The notes under the pieces were generated by a model. That model saw only the letters and a list, made by a program, of their open reading frames with translations. It was not told where the DNA came from and did not search any database. The position numbers and the translations under genes are program-made. A DNA stretch of 64,000 nt from Candidatus Omnitrophota bacterium. Its GTDB lineage: Bacteria > Omnitrophota > Gorgyraeia > Zapsychrales > JANLHA01. The stretch spans positions 6,726 through 70,725 of the forward strand of contig JBFMEN010000062.1 in the NCBI GenBank assembly GCA_040753435.1. Reading direction: 5' to 3'. Numbering within the stretch: position 1 is the first letter of the stretch; each line of letters starts with the position of its first letter. Positions 20,061-27,323 of the stretch are shown here, one piece after another.

Positions 20061-23000
20061 TTACTGATTTAATAAAACCGGCAGGTCGTAAACAGGCTGG
20101 ATTTGAATGATGACCGGGGTCAGCCCCTGGATGGGCAATTCGGGATTAACGCGAAGTTCATCCGGAATGTTTAACCGGATGCCTTGCCCCCGGCGACCGA
20201 GTTTGAGCCGGGAGGGATTAAGATCAATACCGCCCGGCGGTTGATCTGCTCCTGTCCTGGCGGAATCAACGGATTGTTTGATCTGCTTGATTTTTTTTGT
20301 CAGTAATTCATCATGTCCTCCGAACATCGCATATTGCAAAGCGCGCAGCAAGTAGTGCGGATGATAAGCATCTTTTCCTCCGGAAAATGTTTTTCCTTTT
20401 AATGCGATGGATCTCGCCTTTCCCTGCAAATGCAGCCGCGCCGTCTTTCCGTCAGCCGTTATGACAAGCCATTCTCCGTCGAACGACAATTTCAGAATCT
20501 CGCCCTGGACATAGTATTCGCCCAGCTCATGAAATATGGAAATGCTGTTATCGGATAAATCCCGGGCCAGAGCGATCAGCTTTTTTTCAAAAGAAGCGAT
20601 GCCGAGGAAATCCGCAACCGGATCGGTAAACAGCCTGAGCTCCGGCGGTGAATTTTCCAGTAATCGCAGGAATGCGTCGATGATCTGCTGATTATGCGGG
20701 TTGACACTCTCATTTTTTAATCCGGTTAAAGCAGTCTCAAGATGCCCGCGGCCGTTCTCGACCGTTATCAGATCCCGCACGCCGAGCAAATGGTTTTCCC
20801 TGTCGTAAAGATGGAGTTCATCTTCCCCGCCATCATCATTGCTGACAATTTCTCCGTGAGCGTTTTTGCCGATCAAACCGGCGAGGACGGGAATCGTTTC
20901 ATTAAGAAAAGGTTCTGTGACCCGATCCTCCTTCTGCCCAAATGAGAAATACCGGACGCTTCCGTCACCGTTATGGTTAACACCCAAAAGCGCCCGTAAT
21001 TGCCGCTGTTGTTCGGGCGTTAACGTTATAAAGATCGTAAGGTCTTCCCTGAAGGCGATCTTTTCAATTGTTTCCGCCCGGACGATGTGTTTGCCTTTGA
21101 GCTCGCTGTCTTCTCCGGTCGCTTCCTTAATCCCTTTCAGCATTGTCGATCTGGGATCTTCTTCGGATTCGGAAAAACCCGTGGCTTGCGTTCCGCGATT
21201 TGCTGCGGTCACGATGCTGAAGGAATCTGTGATCGTTATTGACGCCTTTTGAAGGAGGTTCAGGACCCGGGTAGCATAATCCCCGCAGTAGCAGGAGTCG
21301 ATCATAATAACGAGGTCCGAAAGAACGCCTCCGGAACCAGAGGCCCGTTCGATGAGATCATCTGCGAGTTCCTTGTAGCTGATTCCGTCGGGATGCGAGA
21401 GGTTCTCTGATTTTTCTTTGCCTTCCTGCCCGCCGCGCAGCCAGAAATGATTTGGACCGCCGTGGCCGTTAAGGTAAATAAAGGTCTTTCCTGGAGAAGT
21501 CCGGATCTCTTTTCTCAGCGCGTCCTTTCCGTAATAAGCCAAACCGTCGTAGGCCTTGACGCGCTTATCGAAAGAGTCTTCGCCGGGTCTGGCGCCGATG
21601 AACTGGCTGATGAAATTTTTAATATATTCTGTTGAAAAGATAAGGCTGTCGTCATTGGTGCCGATAATAACGGAGTAGCCCCGATCAAGAAGTGTTTTTT
21701 CAAGAAAGTCTTCGCGGATTTTGAGGATGAACGGGATGAGCGCGGAGATCTTTTCATCATCCAGGCCCAGGCCGTGTGTTTTTAAAACAGTGTCAACCGC
21801 GCGCGCGACGGAGAATTGGTTCACGGAATGAAGGTCTTTTGTCATTTTACTGAATTCTTTATTTGAGTAGATCAGCAGATAATCTTGCAGCGAAATGACC
21901 CCCTTGCCCAGTTCAGCCCAGCGATAGGAGAGATTAAGAAAAAGCCTTTTTTGCGGATGTTCATTCGATAAATTGAACCCGACGGCCCATATCGCCCATG
22001 TTGCGATGCCCTTGTCCTCCTCATAAAGTTTGAGGATCGCAGGAAGGAGGTGATTTTTTAAGATACCTTCCGGATCTGCCCCGATGCTTTGACTGACTGT
22101 TCCGATCGCGTCCACTGCCTGGTTGAAGACTTCGTCATTCTCATCTTTTAATCCGTAATTGAAGATGACAGGAATAATTTCATTTTTAAGGAGCGGGAGG
22201 TCGGTCAATCCCATCTTGGCCAGCGAAGAGATGGCCCAGTCGGCGGATATGCCGTCTTTGTTCCTGATTCCGTTCAGAATTGAGTTGATGATCGCAAGTC
22301 TTGCCGGAGATTCTTCAGGAACTTCTTCCCGGATGTTTTCCAGAACCATGGCGGCATGAAGCCGGAACCATTCGGAAAAGAAAAGGGAGTGGACCAGGGT
22401 GGGAATAATCTTTTCTTCAAGAACCGGATCATCTTTCAGCTGCAGGGCAGCATTTTTCAGCAGGGCAAATGACCTGATTCCAAGGTTCTCATCCAGCAGA
22501 AAAGGCAGGAGATGTTTTTTGGTGAATTCTGGTTCCTGAAGATCAATGATGGCCTGGCCGGCGCCCTTAATAATGATACCGGCGGAGATTTCTCTCCTTG
22601 CGATCAAATCCAGTACCGGTTGAATGACGCGGGTTTTGACGAAATGTTTCTTGCCGGCGGTATCCGCGTCTCCGTCCATTTTTGCGATGATGGTGAAGAT
22701 AGTGTTTTCTATTGCCTGGTCCGGATTCCTGTCCTTCAGCCTGGAGATCAGGAAATCAACTGCTTCCGGTCCCATCGCCGTCAGTTCCTTCCACTGCCGG
22801 CCGGCATAATAAAAAATTTTCTTGTCTTCCGGCAGTAGAGGCTCCCAGCCGATTTTTTTCAACACATCAGCGCCGTGCAGGCGGACCGACGGTTCGGGAT
22901 TGGTCAGATTGCCCCGGAATTTATTAATAATCATATCTTTGACGGGATTCGGCTGTGAAAATGATCGCGCAACCAGGATCAGTTCCCCGGACACGTCGCC

Positions 23001-25124
23001 AGGCGCGGCCAGCAGCAGGCCGGTGATTTGTTTTTTCAAAGGATTTGAATCCGGCACTGATGCGGCGATTCTGGCGAGCGCCCGGAATGGAGAATTTTCA
23101 CCGGTCATTGTTGATTCGGCCGCTTCGTCAATCAGGAAAAGACTGATTTTTTGAATAGCCTTTTTATCACAATGGGGGGAAGATGCGATCATTCCCAGGA
23201 CAGTGTAAGGGGAAGTGTCTTCAATATATTTTTCAGATGACGCTTTTTCTATCATTAACGGGATGACTCGTTGAGTGACGTAGTCCTGATCCGGGAGCGA
23301 GGCCGAGATGACGCCGATCGTCCAGAAGAGATCCTGTTTGAACGGGAGCCCGTTGTCATTGACGGCTTTAAGCAGAAGATCCAGGGCCGCGGCTCCCGCT
23401 TCGGCCAGGGCATCCCATTTTTCATGCGCGAGCAGGTATCCGATGTAGGCCTGGCCATCGCCGGGTCTTTTCGGTTGCGCGTTGCTTTGTTCAAGGATTC
23501 CGGCGGCGATTTTGCGGATATCGTTGTTATTGACGTTTTCAAGAATTTTTAAAGCGGCCGGGATGACCATCGTCCGGATCCGCGGATCTGGTTTATCTTT
23601 TTCCGCGGTTTCCCCAACAGATACAAGATCGGGGCGGTTTTCCGCAAGCGCGATCCGGTACAGTAACTTCGCGGCCTCTTCACGGACTCTCCAGGGTTCT
23701 TTTTCATCAAGAATGGCGTCGATGAGTAAGGGAGCCGCGGCCAGCCCGGTTACGATGACTGGTTCAGCAAACGAAAGGATGTTCTGCCGGTAAAGATCGA
23801 GATGGCTTTTGACCCTTTCCCGTGCAGTAGCATTGATATTCTTTTTTTCCTCATCGGTTAACGGAGCGGCGCGCACCAGGGACTCTTCTGCCGGGAAAAA
23901 TGCCTTTTTGTCGATCTGCTCATTTGAAAGATAATCAGGATTGATCCTGACGATTAGATTCTGATCAGCGCCGGCATCAATCAATCCGGAACCGCTGTTT
24001 AACAGGAGCGCGGAGGCTAAAACGACAAGACCCCGGATCCCTTTTTTAACAATTCCGGCTGATTGTTTGTTCAAAGGTTTTCTAATGATTTTTTTGCTGA
24101 TGTCTTTCCCGAAATCCGCTCCGCCGGAAAAATATCTTTTTGGGGTTGATGTTCTGGTCGCGGGATCGTATTCCTCGCGGATGTAGTCATAAACGCCTTT
24201 TTGGAAGGCTTCGAGATAACGCCGGTAAATTTTCGACGTTGCATCCGTGTCCTCAATATTGATCCCGTTCACCAGGTTCCGGTCTGCGTAAACTTTGTTC
24301 AGGATCGCTTCCTTGAGGTTTTCCTTGAACCAGGCGGCCAGGATCAGCGCGTGATAAATCTGTCTGAGCTGGGCGAAATGAGCGCCCTGATTGACCTCGC
24401 GTTCGATCTCGGGGATAATGATTTCTTTTAACACTTCCCGGCGGAATTCCGTTTCTTCAGGATTATCATGGGTTTCATTGGCGGAACCTTGGTAGTCGCT
24501 TTCCAGCATGACTTTGAGCCGGCTTTCCTGGATGCAGGCGATGTCCTGGTCTTCATAAATAACTGCGGATTCTGGAACGATCCAGACTTTGTTAAAGGCG
24601 TCTACAGGGATATCTGTTGTCCCGTAACGGGCCAGCGCTTTTTCCCGGACGGTTTTCCAGAATTTTTTTCCGGGCGTTTCTTCCGGATACATAAGTGAGG
24701 CGGTCAGTTGTTTTAAAATATAATCCTGTGCAAGAAGGTCGCGGCCCATTTCGGTTTGGCCGAATTTATCAGGGATAATGCGATCCTTTTCCATGGGGGA
24801 GAGGTTGACCCAGAGGTCTTCTTCCGGCACGGTTAAAGACGCCATAAAATACTGGATGATTTTTTTTGATTCCGCTTCCAGCGCGATTGCATCAGGTGCC
24901 TGGTCACCGGTATCGATGATAAAGTCAAAATGGAACGGGTTTTCCGGATCGATGATAACGCCCTTTAAAAGTGGCGGGGTAAAAATTTTGCTTGGGGCGA
25001 CCATGGCGCCGGGTACAGGAAGGTTGAGCAGTTCCTGGGTATAGGCGGGAGTAAGCGCCGAATTCACAGAAAAAGACGCCAGAATCAGGCAGAGAACACT
25101 GTTTTTGATGAACTTGTTTATCAT
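20061..25124 (-). CDS. Giant secreted multidomain protein: signal peptide + novel N-terminal domain (shared with 27324..29849) + HEAT/ARM-like repeats + clan-CD (caspase/clostripain-like) cysteine peptidase domain + shared C-terminal ~60-aa motif
   Basis: Start ATG 25124 chosen (AGAAGAGA RBS, good signal peptide MINKFIKNSVLCLILASFSVNSA); alternative ATG 25172. Peptidase signature FIYLNGHGGPNHF ... ~50 aa ... LVIMIDSCYCGDY (hydrophobic strand-His-Gly and hydrophobic strand-Asp-x-Cys) around 21280-21470. Confidence 0.8.
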   Translation of the reverse strand: MINKFIKNSVLCLILASFSVNSALTPAYTQELLNLPVPGAMVAPSKIFTPPLLKGVIIDPENPFHFDFIIDTGDQAPDAIALEAESKKIIQYFMASLTVPEEDLWVNLSPMEKDRIIPDKFGQTEMGRDLLAQDYILKQLTASLMYPEETPGKKFWKTVREKALARYGTTDIPVDAFNKVWIVPESAVIYEDQDIACIQESRLKVMLESDYQGSANETHDNPEETEFRREVLKEIIIPEIEREVNQGAHFAQLRQIYHALILAAWFKENLKEAILNKVYADRNLVNGINIEDTDATSKIYRRYLEAFQKGVYDYIREEYDPATRTSTPKRYFSGGADFGKDISKKIIRKPLNKQSAGIVKKGIRGLVVLASALLLNSGSGLIDAGADQNLIVRINPDYLSNEQIDKKAFFPAEESLVRAAPLTDEEKKNINATARERVKSHLDLYRQNILSFAEPVIVTGLAAAPLLIDAILDEKEPWRVREEAAKLLYRIALAENRPDLVSVGETAEKDKPDPRIRTMVIPAALKILENVNNNDIRKIAAGILEQSNAQPKRPGDGQAYIGYLLAHEKWDALAEAGAAALDLLLKAVNDNGLPFKQDLFWTIGVISASLPDQDYVTQRVIPLMIEKASSEKYIEDTSPYTVLGMIASSPHCDKKAIQKISLFLIDEAAESTMTGENSPFRALARIAASVPDSNPLKKQITGLLLAAPGDVSGELILVARSFSQPNPVKDMIINKFRGNLTNPEPSVRLHGADVLKKIGWEPLLPEDKKIFYYAGRQWKELTAMGPEAVDFLISRLKDRNPDQAIENTIFTIIAKMDGDADTAGKKHFVKTRVIQPVLDLIARREISAGIIIKGAGQAIIDLQEPEFTKKHLLPFLLDENLGIRSFALLKNAALQLKDDPVLEEKIIPTLVHSLFFSEWFRLHAAMVLENIREEVPEESPARLAIINSILNGIRNKDGISADWAISSLAKMGLTDLPLLKNEIIPVIFNYGLKDENDEVFNQAVDAIGTVSQSIGADPEGILKNHLLPAILKLYEEDKGIATWAIWAVGFNLSNEHPQKRLFLNLSYRWAELGKGVISLQDYLLIYSNKEFSKMTKDLHSVNQFSVARAVDTVLKTHGLGLDDEKISALIPFILKIREDFLEKTLLDRGYSVIIGTNDDSLIFSTEYIKNFISQFIGARPGEDSFDKRVKAYDGLAYYGKDALRKEIRTSPGKTFIYLNGHGGPNHFWLRGGQEGKEKSENLSHPDGISYKELADDLIERASGSGGVLSDLVIMIDSCYCGDYATRVLNLLQKASITITDSFSIVTAANRGTQATGFSESEEDPRSTMLKGIKEATGEDSELKGKHIVRAETIEKIAFREDLTIFITLTPEQQRQLRALLGVNHNGDGSVRYFSFGQKEDRVTEPFLNETIPVLAGLIGKNAHGEIVSNDDGGEDELHLYDRENHLLGVRDLITVENGRGHLETALTGLKNESVNPHNQQIIDAFLRLLENSPPELRLFTDPVADFLGIASFEKKLIALARDLSDNSISIFHELGEYYVQGEILKLSFDGEWLVITADGKTARLHLQGKARSIALKGKTFSGGKDAYHPHYLLRALQYAMFGGHDELLTKKIKQIKQSVDSARTGADQPPGGIDLNPSRLKLGRRGQGIRLNIPDELRVNPELPIQGLTPVIIQIQPVYDLPVLLNQ

Positions 25125-25389
25125 TCTCTTCTCAGGTAAAAAAGGTAATATAAGGAATTTAAAGCTAAGCATAGAACATTTTTGAGCAAAAAACCAGTGC
25201 TTCCCCGGGTTATTTTATTCAAAAGTGGACACTTTTTGACGAATTCCGGCCGGATATTCTTCCGATATTTCAGGACCTGCCGTGCTTGCAGATTAACTTG
25301 TCCCTGTTCGTTGACATCCCGGTCTGATCGGCTATAATTTCATGGGATGAGACAAACGATGGATTGATTCATAACGATGGAGGTGTGTG

Positions 25390-25848
25390 ATGAGAAAAGG
25401 TTTATTAAGTGCAGTGATGGTTTTGGCCCTGATGGTTTCTCCGGTTTTTGCGCAAGAGCCGGCAGCGCCGCAGGAAGGCACAGTTCAGCCGGGGGCCGGT
25501 TACGGCTATGGCATGAAAAATCGTGAAATGATGGGGCGCGGCAAGTTCCTGGAGAAGAAGATGATGATGGGAAAGATGTGTGCCGCGGGCGACATCATGA
25601 AAATCATGATGAAGACGACCGTGACTGTCACGCCCGATGGCGGCGTTATTGTCTTGCGGGGAAACAGTCTGGCGAAGTATGACAAAAATCTGAATCTCGT
25701 CAAAGAGGTTCAATTGAAAGACATGACCGAAGAGATTCAGCAGAAGATGCAAAAGATGATGAAGGAATGCCCGGTGATGCAGCAGAGAATGGGTGATGAT
25801 GATATGATGATGGAACCCGAAGAGATGGAGCCTGAGCCGGCGGAATAA
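25390..25848 (+). CDS. Methionine-rich secreted protein (signal peptide; ~28 Met in 152 aa)
   Basis: GGAGGTG RBS then ATG 25390; N-terminal signal peptide LLSAVMVLALMVSPVFAQEP; Met-rich blocks KKMMMGKM, MKIMMK, MQKMMKECPVMQQRMGDDDMMMEPEEME. Confidence 0.7.
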   Translation: MRKGLLSAVMVLALMVSPVFAQEPAAPQEGTVQPGAGYGYGMKNREMMGRGKFLEKKMMMGKMCAAGDIMKIMMKTTVTVTPDGGVIVLRGNSLAKYDKNLNLVKEVQLKDMTEEIQQKMQKMMKECPVMQQRMGDDDMMMEPEEMEPEPAE

Positions 25849-25861
25849 TTTTTTTTGTGAG

Positions 25862-25894
25862 TAGAGACGTCCCGGCGGGACGTCTCTACTCGAG
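25862..25894. terminator. Perfect 16-bp-arm palindromic stem-loop after Met-rich gene
   Basis: gagtagagacgtcccg / cgggacgtctctactc inverted repeat, preceded by T8 run; orientation of termination ambiguous. Confidence 0.5.
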
Positions 25895-26135
25895 GTGGTG
25901 TGAACATATCGGGCGGGTTTTCCCGCCCTTTTTTATCGCGATTGCAGGAAAGGGAACTCACTTCCCTGTAATAAAAAATAATTAGTGACAGGCACGCTTT
26001 AATTTTTTGAAAGGAAAAGTGAAGAGCGAAGAGCGAGGGGTGACCAGGAGCGAATTAAAAAAGAACGAAAATGCTTATTAAATTTGTTTAGGGAAAAATA
26101 AGGGAGCAAAACAATTTCAAAAAGGAGAGAAGGCG

Positions 26136-27278
26136 ATGAGCACGAAACCGGCGAAAATGAAAGACCGTAAATTATTGGCCGGTCATCCGCCGGCACAAAC
26201 CCTTCTTGCTTCCCCGTTAGACAGTTCTTACTCACGATTATTAACTGATATCACCACTGCCTTTCGTACCGGACTTCTTCAGGCGCAGCAACTGCTCGAA
26301 TACGCGCGGCTTGAGACCCACTGGCTGGTCGGGCGGCACATCGTTGTTTACGCCGCGTTTCCGCACAGCGCTTACCCGCTCACTACAGAATTTTACATTA
26401 AACTGAGCAATGATCTGCGTGAGCAGGAAGGGATCGAGATGAGCAAGGACATGCTTCAGCGTTCGGCACAGTTTTTCCGCAATTATGAAATCTTCCCTGA
26501 CCGAACACCGCTGACATGGACGCATTATCTCATCCTGATGCGGGTGACCGATGAAAAAATACGTCTTCAACTGGAGCGCAAGGCGATCAAACAAGGATTT
26601 ACCGTCAAGGAATTAATGGCTGAGTTGGACCGGTTAAAACTGGAGAGCTCTGTCATTCAGATCAACTCCGCCGGCAAACTGGTCTTTGAGCGCGGCAAAC
26701 CTTACACGTACCGGATTTGCGAGAACGAGGATGTGGAAGGGAAAAAGATCCTGGCCATCGATTGCGGTTTCGGCATGTGCCGGGATATCCCGAAGGGAAC
26801 CAGGCAACAGTTAAGTTCCGGGCAGATAGTCTGCACGCAAAAGAGGGCGGACGGCGAATACAGTCTGACCGCGAATAACAAGCGCCGCGGACAGAATTAC
26901 ACCTATCCTGCCAGAGTCCTTAAAATCATCGACGGCGACACGCTTGATCTTCGGATCGACCTTGGATTTTATTTGCGGCTGATCTGTGAGCGCGTCCGCC
27001 TGCGCGGGATCGACGCGCCGGAAATGACCGGGAAGGGCGGGCCCGGAGCCAAAGATTTTCTTGTCAAAACTCTTTCGAAATGTCCCGTTATTGTGGTCCG
27101 CACCACCAAAGCATCCGGGCAGGAGGCTCCCGACGCCAAAGAAAAATTCGGCCGCTGGCTGGTTGATGTGTTTTTTCTGCCGGAGAATGATGATGCGACG
27201 GAGATTGCGGAAAAAGGGATGTATCTGAATCAGTTGATGCTGGATGAAGGCCATGCGGAGATTTACAGGATCAAGTAG
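26136..27278 (+). CDS. Fusion protein: DUF1016(YhcG)-N-terminal-like domain + C-terminal staphylococcal-nuclease (SNase/thermonuclease)-like domain
   Basis: C-terminal ..ARVLKIIDGDTLDLRIDLGF...ERVRLRGIDAPEM.. is the SNase GDT / RLxGIDAPE signature; N-terminal region (..LLEYARLETHWLVGRHIV..) resembles YhcG-type N-domain; no signal peptide. Confidence 0.7.
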   Translation: MSTKPAKMKDRKLLAGHPPAQTLLASPLDSSYSRLLTDITTAFRTGLLQAQQLLEYARLETHWLVGRHIVVYAAFPHSAYPLTTEFYIKLSNDLREQEGIEMSKDMLQRSAQFFRNYEIFPDRTPLTWTHYLILMRVTDEKIRLQLERKAIKQGFTVKELMAELDRLKLESSVIQINSAGKLVFERGKPYTYRICENEDVEGKKILAIDCGFGMCRDIPKGTRQQLSSGQIVCTQKRADGEYSLTANNKRRGQNYTYPARVLKIIDGDTLDLRIDLGFYLRLICERVRLRGIDAPEMTGKGGPGAKDFLVKTLSKCPVIVVRTTKASGQEAPDAKEKFGRWLVDVFFLPENDDATEIAEKGMYLNQLMLDEGHAEIYRIK

Positions 27279-27323
27279 AGGCAAAATTTTGCGTCTCTAC
27301 CAAGGATAAATCTTAGATATCTA

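Noticed and set aside
25999-26235. 78-aa minus-strand ORF overlapping start of nuclease gene
   Set aside because: Overlaps intergenic repeat motif and the 5' end of a better-supported gene; no RBS.
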